Shown piece by piece: positions 49,270-59,006 of a stretch of 64,000 nt of DNA. Position 1 is the first letter of the stretch. Each line of letters begins with the position of its first letter. Both the position numbers and the translations under genes were made by a program. This DNA comes from Cenarchaeum sp. (GTDB lineage Archaea > Thermoproteota > Nitrososphaeria > Nitrososphaerales > Nitrosopumilaceae). A model generated the notes under the pieces. The model had not been told where the DNA came from and did not search any database. It saw only the letters and a list, made by a program, of their open reading frames with translations. Location of the stretch: NCBI GenBank assembly GCA_965242695.1, contig CBDESU010000001.1:32001-96000 (forward strand). The letters run 5' to 3'.

Positions 49270-50716
49270 CTGCATCGAGGCGGTCGAGAAAGTCGTCCAA
49301 TTTGTCTCTTGGCACGCGCGCGCCTGCGGCCGCGTCGTGCCCGCCCCCGATGCCGCCGAACGCGGCGCCCGCATCCCTCATGAGCACCGCCAGGCTGACC
49401 GCGCCGGGCGCGCCGGGCGCGGCCCTTGCCGAGACCTTTGAGGTGCCCGCCTCGTCGCCGTCGGCCGTGAGGACGACGATCATCCCGGCGTTGCGCGGCG
49501 AGCCGGCGAGCAGCGACGCTATCGTGCCGGCCATCGACTCGGGGACGATGCCGGCCGCGTTGACCGTGAGGATGCGCCTGCCCCTCTGCGACCGCCCCCG
49601 CTCGCCGGCGATCCTGTCCATCTGCTCCCTTATGCGCCTGCGGTACTCGGCCAGGGACGCCTCGCCCTCGCGCAGCGCCGCTCCCCTGTCGCCCATGCAT
49701 ATGCATATCCCGACGCCGGCCCTGCCTATGCGCCCGCACGAGTTGAGCATGGTCGAGAACTCGCGCGCGTCCCTGAGGAAGCCGCGCTCGTCCTCGGCCG
49801 ACAGCGTGTACGTGTACCCGACGATCTGGTCGGCCGCCGCATCGGCGCCGCTCCCGCCGCCCTCTTCCCCGCCTTCGCCGGCGGCGGCGGGGGGCGGGGC
49901 CGATGCGGCCGCGCCGGCCGCGTACCTTGCGACGGCCTCGACGAGCATGCGCTTTTCCTCGTCGGTCAGCTCGGCGGCCACGCGCCACCTGCCGCCGTCC
50001 TTGAGCGGTATGCCGGCCGACGTGAGCAGCGCGGTGCACGCGCTGCGGTTCCACGTCAGCCCGCCTATGAACGGCCGCGACGTGAATGCGAGCGAGTCGG
50101 GCAGGGGCCGCGTCTGCCGGCCGACGAGGAGCAGGTCCATCTCTACCTCCAAGAGGCCTCGCTCGACGGCCGCGTCGCGTATCTTTGCGTTCCTGCCGGT
50201 CATCGAGCAGCGCTCGCCCGAGTCCTGCCTGTCGCCGAGGGCGGCCACGACGGCCGTCGCCGACAGGTCGGCGTTGCGCGGGTCGACGGCCTCGGCGGCC
50301 AGGTACGACATTCCGCCGCCGCACACCTCTGACCCGCCGTCGATGCCGAACCGCCACGCGTTGATCACCCTCTCGTTGTCCATCTCGTCCTCGGGTATCT
50401 GGTGGTGGTCGAGCACGACCCAGTCGCCGCCGAGCCGGGCGTCGAGCTCGCCGGCCATGCCGCCGCCCAGGTCGGATATGATGTGGAACCTTCCGGGGCC
50501 CCGACCGAGCGAGGCGACCGCCTTTGGCCCGAACTCCTTTACGGCCGACACCGTAAACGTTGCGCCGGCCCTGCCGAGGGCCCTTGCGAGTATCCCGCCG
50601 GACGCGATCCCGTCGCAGTCGATGTGCGTCGTCACGGCTATGGGGGTGCGCGAACGGACGCGGTCCGCCACGGCGTCGGCAAAGTACGACAGGCCCTGGT
50701 CGATGCTGGGAGCCAT
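49232..50716 (-). CDS. DHH-family phosphoesterase (RecJ-like)
   Basis: HIDCDG, SDLG, LDHH, GGGHDAAAG. Confidence 0.93.
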   Translation of the reverse strand: MAPSIDQGLSYFADAVADRVRSRTPIAVTTHIDCDGIASGGILARALGRAGATFTVSAVKEFGPKAVASLGRGPGRFHIISDLGGGMAGELDARLGGDWVVLDHHQIPEDEMDNERVINAWRFGIDGGSEVCGGGMSYLAAEAVDPRNADLSATAVVAALGDRQDSGERCSMTGRNAKIRDAAVERGLLEVEMDLLLVGRQTRPLPDSLAFTSRPFIGGLTWNRSACTALLTSAGIPLKDGGRWRVAAELTDEEKRMLVEAVARYAAGAAASAPPPAAAGEGGEEGGGSGADAAADQIVGYTYTLSAEDERGFLRDAREFSTMLNSCGRIGRAGVGICICMGDRGAALREGEASLAEYRRRIREQMDRIAGERGRSQRGRRILTVNAAGIVPESMAGTIASLLAGSPRNAGMIVVLTADGDEAGTSKVSARAAPGAPGAVSLAVLMRDAGAAFGGIGGGHDAAAGARVPRDKLDDFLDRLDADVARVHGDDSAS

Positions 50717-51165
50717 TACTCGAGCTGCGCCACCACTGACTTGTACTTCCAGCCGGGCGGTATCCTGCCCGTCCTCTTGTAGTACACCGAGAGGCGGTGC
50801 ACCTTTGCCTCTATGAGCTCGAGCGACCTCACGTTGCGCCGGTCGCCCTTGTTGGCCCTGAGGTGCCTCTGCAGGCCGACGGCCTTCTTGACCATGTTGT
50901 CCAGGTCCTCGGGCATCTCGGGGCCTGCGCCGGCCTCGGCGAGTATCTCGCCCATGGTCATGCCGGCGACGGACTGGACGAGCGGGATCGCGTGCTGGTC
51001 GCGCAGCTTTACGCCGATCTGGCTCGGCGAGAGGCCCTCGCCGGCGTACCTTACGACGAGCGCCTTTGCCTCCTCGGGCGTCTGCTTGACCCATACGGGG
51101 GCGGCCGGCTTGACGGGCCTCGTCGAGTGCGACTTGCCGTGCCTGTGCGAGTGGAGCCTTCCCAC
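50716..51165 (-). CDS. rps15: 30S ribosomal protein S15 (uS15)
   Basis: MGRLHSHRHGKSHSTRP, SQIGVKLRD, LIEAKVHRL. Confidence 0.97.
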   Translation of the reverse strand: MGRLHSHRHGKSHSTRPVKPAAPVWVKQTPEEAKALVVRYAGEGLSPSQIGVKLRDQHAIPLVQSVAGMTMGEILAEAGAGPEMPEDLDNMVKKAVGLQRHLRANKGDRRNVRSLELIEAKVHRLSVYYKRTGRIPPGWKYKSVVAQLE

Positions 51166-51283
51166 GGCCGGGCCGCCGGGGGTTCCAAATTAAACGTTGC
51201 CTGCGGCCGCCCTGCCGCCCGCCGGCGCGGGGCGCCTTTTAAGGGCCGGCAAGGGTTAAATAGCCGCCCTAGCAAGCCCGGCC

Positions 51284-51613
51284 ATGCTTAGAGCAGTGCT
51301 CTTGGGCGGATTGTTTGCCGTTATCGGCGTTGGCAGCCTCGGGTTCATCGGGGTCGCCTATGCCGCGTACATGGGCAACGTCGGCGACCAGGGCCAGACG
51401 GGCCAGAACACGCTCGAGGAGACCCTCGAGCTTGCCAGGCGCCGGATAGATGCTGCCGAGTCCAACCCCTCTTCGGGCTCGGGGACGCCCTATCTTGACG
51501 CCAGCGGCGTGCTCGGCTCGTCTGCGATTGCGGGCGCCGTCTTTGGCGGCATTGCGGCCGCGCTCTTCTTCAGGTCCCGGACCGGCAAGTATGCCGCCCA
51601 GGGACGTGGGTGA
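51284..51613 (+). CDS. amoZ: Probable ammonia monooxygenase accessory subunit AmoZ
   Basis: Signal peptide, short helical region and C-terminal TM helix, about 11 kDa. Lies between rps15 and amoB as recalled for Nitrosopumilaceae; assignment rests on synteny and size. Confidence 0.6.
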   Translation: MLRAVLLGGLFAVIGVGSLGFIGVAYAAYMGNVGDQGQTGQNTLEETLELARRRIDAAESNPSSGSGTPYLDASGVLGSSAIAGAVFGGIAAALFFRSRTGKYAAQGRG

Positions 51614-51932
51614 GCAGGCCGACAGGCAGCCGACATTTTTCTATTTTAGGGGCGGCGGGGGGCGGTTGCCCCCTCCCCTGTCCGGCATGCCATGCCCGCA
51701 GCGCGCCTGGCGGCGCGCTGGCCGCCCCGGGGGGCCGGCGCGGGCCGCCTGACTGCGCGGCGCCGCCTTGGCGCCTGTGGAGCAGGGGGCCGGCGCCAAG
51801 CGACGCCTAGGCACTGCCTTGCCCGCGGCCGCGGGGATGGGGGCGGGGCTGCAGGGGGGCCTGCAGGCGCCCCGGCACCGCGCTGGGGCGCCTTGGGAAA
51901 TGTATATAACGCACATGTTGGGGCGCCCGCGC

Positions 51933-52202
51933 ATGACACCTATAGTGGGTGCATTCCTGAGCATCCTCTCGACGATGACGGGGCAGCTCGGCCCGAACTA
52001 TGATCCCCTGTTCTACGACGTCATGATCTACATCTTTGGGACCATCATGTTCACCGTCTTCCTGCTCGCCATCATCGCCTTCTGGCTGCGCGTACACGGC
52101 TGGGGCTACAAGGACAACCGCGAAAGGTGGATCGACGAGCTGGATCGGCACTTTGAGCGCGAGGGCATCGGCCTGATTCCGGACAACGGCAAGTACTGGT
52201 AG
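51933..52202 (+). CDS. amoY: Probable ammonia monooxygenase accessory subunit AmoY
   Basis: 89 aa with a single TM helix; TATATAA box at about 51903; adjacent to the amoZ candidate (synteny inference). Confidence 0.5.
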   Translation: MTPIVGAFLSILSTMTGQLGPNYDPLFYDVMIYIFGTIMFTVFLLAIIAFWLRVHGWGYKDNRERWIDELDRHFEREGIGLIPDNGKYW

Positions 52203-52225
52203 GGCCATCTCACTATTTTCACTCT

Positions 52226-52246
52226 CCTATCCGCCATGCGGATAGG
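52226..52246. terminator. Perfect 9-bp hairpin after a T-rich tract, between convergent genes
   Basis: CCTATCCGC-CAT-GCGGATAGG. Confidence 0.45.
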
Positions 52247-52710
52247 GGGCCCTGCGCGCGGCGCCGTGTCCGGCCCAGGCCCGACGGGGGAGGGGGGGGG
52301 GGGGCGCCCCTGGTGGCCCGCCGTCCGTGCCGCCGGGCTCCTGCGCGCGGCGCCGTGTCCGGCCCGCGCCAAGTGCGGCCGCCTGATCCCGTGGCATGTG
52401 CCATCCGGCCCTGCGCGCGGCCCGCCGTTCCCGTCCAACGGGATCGATCAGGGCGCCGCCGGCGGACGGCGCTGAGCAGGGGGCGCCTGCGCGGACCTGC
52501 AGCCTGCGCACCTACTTTGCGGCCCTGCGCGCGCCGCCTGCCTGCGGCCCGCAGCGTCCTGCGATCATCCACGGCGCAACGCCGCGGCCACGTTGCCTTG
52601 GCGAGGCCGACATGCTGGCGCCGAGTAGTCGGCCCCTGCGCGCGCCACTTGGGGGGGATGTCCTAGCGCGGATCGGCGGGCTTGATGCGCCCGCCTGCCC
52701 GCCTGCCGCC

Positions 52711-53235
52711 TCACACGTCCGGCGGCAGAAAGTCCTGGTCCTTGCTGTCGTCGTACGACTTTGACGTGAACTCGGCGACGTACTGCGAGCCGTCGACCAG
52801 CGGGGCGCGTATGAACTCGGGCGATGCCCTGCCGTCGACGATGATCCGGGACTTGTCCTCGACCATGTCCCTGAGCGGAAAGTCCCAAGTCCACAAAAAG
52901 TGACCGATCTCGAACGGGTACTCCTCGGACCAGGATGCGTGGATCGTCCCGTCGCTGGTGAGCGTGTACAGGCTGCGCTGGCAGCCGCCCTCCTCGAACC
53001 CGACCCTTGCCGGTATGTCCGCCCTGTTCCCGTCGACGTACATCTCTAGCGTGGCCGTGATCGTATAGGGCGTGTCCATGTCGTTTATGCATACCTTGAG
53101 GGGGTTGTCTAGGTTGGCCCACTGCTGGACGAGCGTGCTTGCGGCGGCCACCGATATGCCGATGGCCGCCGTTATGATGAGGAACCTGATCGTCTGCCTG
53201 CGCTTGGCGGGATCCCCCATGCCGGGCCAGAACAT
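52711..53235 (-). CDS. Conserved hypothetical membrane-anchored protein (amo-neighbourhood gene)
   Basis: MFWPGMGDPAKR + TM helix + Cys pair; TTTATT box upstream. Confidence 0.8.
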   Translation of the reverse strand: MFWPGMGDPAKRRQTIRFLIITAAIGISVAAASTLVQQWANLDNPLKVCINDMDTPYTITATLEMYVDGNRADIPARVGFEEGGCQRSLYTLTSDGTIHASWSEEYPFEIGHFLWTWDFPLRDMVEDKSRIIVDGRASPEFIRAPLVDGSQYVAEFTSKSYDDSKDQDFLPPDV

Positions 53236-53645
53236 GGCCCGTCGTGCCGGGCGGCGCAATAAAGGCGTTTTCCGCAGTGCGCGGCCTGCCGCGGGGGAGG
53301 GGCGGCTGAGGCGGCCCCGCTCGCCAGGATCCGTCCCTGCCCTGATGCCTCCGGCGTGGGCTTGCCGGACGCCGGCCCGTGCCGGGGGATGGGGGCGCCC
53401 GCAGCCTGCACTTGTCGCGTCACATGCCCGGCGCCCGCTGCGATGATGCGTGCGCCCGGTCGCCGCTGGCGGATGGCACATGCCAAAGCGGGGCTTGCAG
53501 GGGGTTTCGACTTGGACTGTCGGGCGCGCGAGGGCGCACAGCGCCCGGCCCGTGCCCCCTGCCGCGCCCTTGGGAGGGGCACCTCCCTGTGCGGGCCATT
53601 GGCTGCCATCCGACATGTCATATACGCCCTCCGCCACGTGCCTGC

Positions 53646-54062
53646 ATGGTCGTTAGACGGCAAGAGCCGGCGGGGGCGGAGCGCGGCGGCAGGGCGGATC
53701 CGAGCCGGCGGGATGCCTCTGCTCAGGGCTTTGATCCCGGAGATGCCCCGCAGCATCTCCGTGTGCGGGACGAACAAACGGGGCGAGTGCGCCCAGCGAG
53801 AATGGATGACGAGGAAGAGCGGCGCAGGAGGGCGGCAAGGATCAAGAGGCTGAACGATGCGATTGATGAACGGCTCGCCCGTCGCATCGGCCGGCGAATC
53901 GACAGGGGGCTAGACCAGCGCATTGGCCAGCGGCTTGACGAGGGGATGAAGCGGCGGGCACGCGAGGCGATGGAGCGCCGGCGGGACAGGTACGCCCAAG
54001 TGGGTATCCACAGGGCCTTTGCGCGGGACTGCGCAAGGTACATGGCCGGCGTGTCGTGCTAG
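53646..54062 (+). CDS. Small charged helical protein, copy 1
   Basis: Near-identical to 54158-54610; CATATA box upstream. Confidence 0.55.
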   Translation: MVVRRQEPAGAERGGRADPSRRDASAQGFDPGDAPQHLRVRDEQTGRVRPARMDDEEERRRRAARIKRLNDAIDERLARRIGRRIDRGLDQRIGQRLDEGMKRRAREAMERRRDRYAQVGIHRAFARDCARYMAGVSC

Positions 54063-54157
54063 GCGCGTTGCCGCCTTGCGCCTCTGATTGGGGCGCCGCC
54101 GTGCAGGCCTTGACGGCCACCCTACATGTTATATACAGCCGCTTGCCCTAGGCCTAC

Positions 54158-54610
54158 GTGAGCGTGACAAAACAGGAGCCGGCGGGGGCGGAGCGCGGCG
54201 GCAGGGTGGATCCCGACCGGCGGGACGCCTCGGTTCAGGACCTTGATCCCGGAGATACCCCGCAGCATCTCCGCGTGCGGGACGAACAGACGGAGCGAGC
54301 GCGCCCGGCGAGAATGGATGACGAGGAAGAGCGGCGCAGGAGGGCGGCAAGGATCAAGAGGCTGAACGATGCGATGGATGAGCGACTCGCCCGGCGCATC
54401 GGCCAGCGGATCGACAGGGGGCTAGACCAGCGCATCGGCCAGCGGATCGACAGGGGGCTAGACCAGCGCATCGGCCAGCGGCTTGACGAGGGGATGAGGC
54501 GGCGGGCGCGCGAGGCGATGGAGCGCAGGCGGGACTGGTACGCCCAGGTGGGAATCCACAGGGCCTTTGCGCGGGACTGCGCAAGGTACATGGCCGGCGT
54601 GTCGTGCTAG
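54158..54610 (+). CDS. Small charged helical protein, copy 2 (one extra 36-bp repeat unit)
   Basis: TTATATA box at about 54129; RIGQRIDRGLDQ repeat. Confidence 0.6.
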   Translation: MSVTKQEPAGAERGGRVDPDRRDASVQDLDPGDTPQHLRVRDEQTERARPARMDDEEERRRRAARIKRLNDAMDERLARRIGQRIDRGLDQRIGQRIDRGLDQRIGQRLDEGMRRRAREAMERRRDWYAQVGIHRAFARDCARYMAGVSC

Positions 54611-54703
54611 GCGCACGGATGTACACATGCGCATTTTTGGACGGTCGATCTGAGTGCTAGGTGCACTTCCGAGCACCATGGCTTAGTAGCACATGGCTCG
54701 CGT

Positions 54704-57118
54704 CTACACATGGCGTTCCTGCCACCTGATCCTTCGCATCTCTGTCGCCCTGTCACGATATTTCTTGCCCTCTGCATACCTTCCCACTCTGTCCAACACA
54801 TGTCCTAGTTCTTCATACGTGTCGGGGTTGGCAGGATCTAGCCGGGCCGCGGCCTCGTAGGCGGTCACAGCCTCGGCATACCTGCCTGCCTCGTACAGCG
54901 CCTTTCCGAGCCCGAGCCTGGCGTCAAGGCTGCCGGGATCCAGCCGGGCCGCGGCCTCGTAGGCCGGCGCCGCCTCGGCATACCTGCCTGACTCGTACAA
55001 TGATCGGGCCAGCCCGATCCTAGCATCAAGGCTGCCGGGATCCAGCCGGGCCGCGGCCTCGTAGGCCGGCGCCGCCTCGGCATACCTGCCTGACTCGTAC
55101 AGCGCCTTTCCGAGCCCGAGCCTGGCGTCAAGGCTGCCGGGGTCCAGCCGGGCCGCGGCCTCGTAGGCATGCGCCGCCTCGGCATGCCTGCCTGACTCGT
55201 ACAATGATCGGGCCAGCCCAATCCTAGCATCAAGGCTGCCGGGGTCCAGCCGGGCCGCGGACTCGTAGGCCGGCGCCGCCTCGGCATGCCTGCCTGACTC
55301 GTACAGCGCCTTTCCGAGCCCGAGCCTGGCATCAAGGCTGCCGGGGTCCAGCCGGGCCGCGGCCTCGTAGGCCGGCGCCGCCTCGGCATGCCTGCCTGAC
55401 TCGTACAATGATCGGGCCAGCCCAATCCTGGCATCAAGGCTGCCGGGGTCCAGCCGGGCCGCGGCCTCGTAGGCCGGCGCCGCCTCGGCATGCCTGCCTG
55501 ACTCGTACAGCGCCTTTCCGAGCCCGAGCCTGGCATCAAGGCTGCCGGGGTCCAGCCGGGCCGCGGCCTCGTAGGCCGGCGCCGCCTCGGCATGCCTGCC
55601 TGACTCGTACAGCGCCTTTCCGAGCCCGAGCCTGGCGTCAAGGCTGCCGGGGTCCAGCCGGGCCGCGGCCTCGTAGGCGGTCACAGCCTCGGCATGCCTG
55701 CCTGCCTCGTACAGCGCCTCGCCGAGGCCGAGCCGGGCATCAAGGTCGCCTGGATCCAGCACCGCGGCCTCGCGCATGGCATCGGCCGCCCTGGCGTAAT
55801 GCCCCATCTTCAGCAGCGACTCGCCCATGCCGCGGTGCGCCGCGGCGCCCCCGAGCTCGTGAACAAACGTGTTGCCTGGATCGCTCCCCCTGTCGCCCCG
55901 CCTGCGCGGCGCGAATGCGACTATCTCGCTTCTCTTGATTCCGGCACTGTATGACTTTGCGGCATCTTCGTGCCTGCCTAGCGCCTGCATCGCGTTTCCA
56001 AGTCCCACGCGCGCGGCGGCATCGTCGGGATCCTGCGCGATCGCCCCGCGGTACTGCTCGGCAGCCTCTGCGTGCCTGCCCGCCAGCGCAAGCGCAGTGC
56101 CGTGCCCCGTCTGGAACGGCGCATCGCCGGCGCCCTTGCGCGCCTCAGCCTGGTAGTACTGCACGGCTGGAATCCCGCCGCCGTCGTCCGCCACGGCCAG
56201 CGCGCGCCCTGCGGCGGCGCGCACCGCGGCGTGGCCGGGATCGACGGCGGCCGCCTTCCCGTACCACTCGACGGCCTCTTTCGGCCGTCCTGCCAGCACC
56301 AGAAAGTTGGCCATGCCGACAAGGGGGAGGATGCTCCCGGGGTACGCCCCTGCCGCCTCTTCGTACGCCGCCTCTGCCTCTGCGCTCCTGCCCAGGCGCG
56401 CAAGGCAGTGTCCCGTGTACAAAAGGGACCACAGGTCGCACTTTGCACCCTTGGACACTGTCCTGTCCCTGTACCGCCTGCATATCTTGAGGGCCGCCGC
56501 GGCCGCCTTTCGCGCTCCGATGAAAATGCCGGCCGCATCCATTACAGAGGCCTCTACGATGAGGGCCGTGGCCAGGTACTTGTCGCTGCCCGCCAGGACG
56601 GCCCGCACGAACCTCTCAAGGACGGCCAAGTGCCGCACGTCGTCAAACTTGAACGCGCCGAGCGAGTGGACCAGCGCGTGGCGCAGGTCGAACAGGCGGG
56701 CAAGGTCGTCGCGCATCTCCTCCAGGCACTTCCGCAGCAGGGGCAGGCCGTACGTGTCGGCCAGCCGCCCGATCGCATCGACGCTTTGGAGTCCGTGGCC
56801 GAGCGCATCGATGCGGGACATGCTGACCCGGACGGCCCGGCCCACGTCCTTGATCTGCGCTGGCATGTGTGCCCTGCCGTGCATCAAGTCGAGCCGCTCC
56901 TCGAGGATCAGCCGCAGGAACTGCTCGAGAATGGTGACGGCCTGCGTGACGATGGCCGCCTTTATGACAGGATCGCGCGACCCCGCGCGCACCTTCAGAT
57001 GCGCTATGCCTATGAATACGTCAAGCATGCCCATGCCGATCATCGCCAGCGTGATCGGGTACCTTGGCATGTGCACGGTGCGACCGCCTGCCTTATCCTC
57101 TGTAGATGTACTAGGCAA
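54704..57118 (-). CDS. HEPN-domain + TPR-array protein
   Basis: N-terminal helical domain with ILEQFLR and the R-x4-H motif RHALVH, followed by more than 12 TPRs. TTAAATA box about 25 nt before TTG 57118. Confidence 0.78.
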   Translation of the reverse strand: MPSTSTEDKAGGRTVHMPRYPITLAMIGMGMLDVFIGIAHLKVRAGSRDPVIKAAIVTQAVTILEQFLRLILEERLDLMHGRAHMPAQIKDVGRAVRVSMSRIDALGHGLQSVDAIGRLADTYGLPLLRKCLEEMRDDLARLFDLRHALVHSLGAFKFDDVRHLAVLERFVRAVLAGSDKYLATALIVEASVMDAAGIFIGARKAAAAALKICRRYRDRTVSKGAKCDLWSLLYTGHCLARLGRSAEAEAAYEEAAGAYPGSILPLVGMANFLVLAGRPKEAVEWYGKAAAVDPGHAAVRAAAGRALAVADDGGGIPAVQYYQAEARKGAGDAPFQTGHGTALALAGRHAEAAEQYRGAIAQDPDDAAARVGLGNAMQALGRHEDAAKSYSAGIKRSEIVAFAPRRRGDRGSDPGNTFVHELGGAAAHRGMGESLLKMGHYARAADAMREAAVLDPGDLDARLGLGEALYEAGRHAEAVTAYEAAARLDPGSLDARLGLGKALYESGRHAEAAPAYEAAARLDPGSLDARLGLGKALYESGRHAEAAPAYEAAARLDPGSLDARIGLARSLYESGRHAEAAPAYEAAARLDPGSLDARLGLGKALYESGRHAEAAPAYESAARLDPGSLDARIGLARSLYESGRHAEAAHAYEAAARLDPGSLDARLGLGKALYESGRYAEAAPAYEAAARLDPGSLDARIGLARSLYESGRYAEAAPAYEAAARLDPGSLDARLGLGKALYEAGRYAEAVTAYEAAARLDPANPDTYEELGHVLDRVGRYAEGKKYRDRATEMRRIRWQERHV
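54842..55759 (-). repeat. Nine near-identical 102-bp TPR-coding tandem repeats
   Basis: LDPG(S/D)LDAR(L/I)GL...YE(A/S)AAR x9. Confidence 0.97.
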
Positions 57119-57448
57119 CGAAATTTGCGGTATTGGGCTTCTATTTAACTCACACGGGCCTCTGAGCGCCTGAACAGGCGTGCCCACGCCGCTTGGCGGG
57201 GCGCGCCCGGCATGCGCTCCGCACATGAAGGGCGGCCGAGCTGGCGGGAGATGCGGGGAGCGCCCGGCGCGCCGCGCCCGCTGACGCGATCTCTCCGGAT
57301 CCTCCCGCCACATCGCATGCCGGGCGGCTAGCCCCCGGCGGGGCGATCTGCGCCGTCCGCCCGCGGCGGATGGGCGCGGGCGCGCCCGCGGCCGCGGCCG
57401 GCCCGCCGCGGGCAAGGAACAATAGCGGCCGGCCGGACGGCCGCCTCC

Positions 57449-58279
57449 GTGCGGGGAACAGGCGGCCGCCTAGGTTGCAAGGCAGAGCGAGACGGCGCCG
57501 CCTCCGCCGCCTCAGCCGCCGGCTGCGACGAAGGCCCGCCTCCGTCCGTCCGGTACATCCGCATGTTCAACAGGTTCTTCAGGGATGCGGCCATGACAAG
57601 CACGTACAAGGTCGCGCTGCTCAGGTCGCTGGCCGACGTCGGCGGATACGGCACATCCCGGCTCGCAGGCGGGCACTGGATCGGCAGGCTCTGCGCATCC
57701 GGCGGCGCATCCGCCTGCCGCCTGGTCATGGACCTCAACTTTGCCGCGGCGCGGTTTGCAAAGTTTTACTGGGACATGGAGGTCGGCTTTGGCCTCCTGC
57801 ACATAGCGCCCGGCAGCGGGATGCGTCGCCGGCCGCGCCGCCTCCTCATGTCCCGCCTGGTCGCCGACGCCGCGGCGCGGCGGGCGGCCGCGGGGGAGAG
57901 CGGACAGGCCGGCCTGTCCGCCGTCGCCGTTCCGAGGCTCGACGAGCTTGCATCCGACGACATGTCGGGCCTGCGATCAAAAACAATCGCCGTAATCCAG
58001 CGCGACGTGCTCGATGCCGTCTCCCGCGACATGCCGGGCCTGTACGACATACTGCCCGGCCGCCGCCACATTTCATTCGATGCCGATCTCGTGTGCTTTA
58101 TGCGCGAGTACGGCCCGACCGTCAAGAGGGCCCTCAACCACCGCCTTGCCGTCCTGCTCGAGGGCCTCAACCCCGACGCGGTCCACGTTGCCACAAAGAC
58201 CGACGAGCTTCCGATCGCCGAGAGGGTGGATGCCGCCAGGCGGCTCGCCGGCGCCGCCGGCCGCGATGCCCGAGCCTGA
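57449..58279 (+). CDS. Protein resembling the N-terminal domain of TYKxALL-type HNH restriction endonucleases, with no HNH domain
   Basis: TSTYKVALLRSL, FAKFYW, LEGLNP; no CxxC or HNH motif follows. Confidence 0.6.
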   Translation: MRGTGGRLGCKAERDGAASAASAAGCDEGPPPSVRYIRMFNRFFRDAAMTSTYKVALLRSLADVGGYGTSRLAGGHWIGRLCASGGASACRLVMDLNFAAARFAKFYWDMEVGFGLLHIAPGSGMRRRPRRLLMSRLVADAAARRAAAGESGQAGLSAVAVPRLDELASDDMSGLRSKTIAVIQRDVLDAVSRDMPGLYDILPGRRHISFDADLVCFMREYGPTVKRALNHRLAVLLEGLNPDAVHVATKTDELPIAERVDAARRLAGAAGRDARA

Positions 58280-58436
58280 CGCATGCCGTCCGTGCGCCGC
58301 CCTTATCGGCCGGGGCGGCGCGCGGGGGCGCCCCGCGGGAGGCGGGCGCCGCATCCGGGCGGCCGTCGCCCGCATGCCGCGCGGCGCGGGGCCGCGGCGG
58401 CCGCATGCCGCTGGGAAAATGAAAAGGGGTGGGTAA

Positions 58437-59006
58437 TCAGATTACCTGCCAAGGCCTTGTCGCAAACGTAATCACGTAGCCGACGCCGATGATGATCGAC
58501 TGGTACGCAATGTTGGTGTATGGTATCTCCTTGAGGATGTACTCGCCCGACACGACGACGGTCTGGCCCGGACCGAGCCCCGGCCCGACGCTGGCCACGT
58601 TGAGCTGCGTGTGCACGTGGTACACGCCAGGCTCTAGGGCCATCGCGCATATCTGGTACGGAACGACGGCGTTGCCCGGTATGTCAAAGACGTTGCCCGG
58701 GGGGTCCCTGGAGAGAATCTCCCACCTGTTGCCGGCGTTGGTCGACTCGGAGAAGATCGAGTTCCATGCCCTCATGTCCCTCTCGACCAGGCTGACAAAG
58801 CTGCCAGACAGGCAAAGGTTCTCACCTGTCTGGAGCGACTGCCTGTTGAACGTCTCGTCCTCGATCCTCACAAAGCGGCTCTGAAGCTGGGCCTGTACGC
58901 CGTGTGCCTCCACGGTCGGCAGTACGGCCTCGATCCAATTGAAGCCGAGCGTGCCGAGCGCCAGAACGGCGCCCAGTCCGACGACTAGAATCTTGTTGTT
59001 GATCAT
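58437..59006 (-). CDS. amoB: Archaeal ammonia monooxygenase subunit B
   Basis: AHGVQAQLQSRFVRIEDETF, YHVHTQLN, TRPWQVI; 189 aa. Confidence 0.98.
   Translation of the reverse strand: MINNKILVVGLGAVLALGTLGFNWIEAVLPTVEAHGVQAQLQSRFVRIEDETFNRQSLQTGENLCLSGSFVSLVERDMRAWNSIFSESTNAGNRWEILSRDPPGNVFDIPGNAVVPYQICAMALEPGVYHVHTQLNVASVGPGLGPGQTVVVSGEYILKEIPYTNIAYQSIIIGVGYVITFATRPWQVI

Noticed and set aside
54842-55759. Diversity-generating retroelement acting on the TPR repeats
   Set aside because: No reverse transcriptase, and differences are not adenine-specific template/variable pairs
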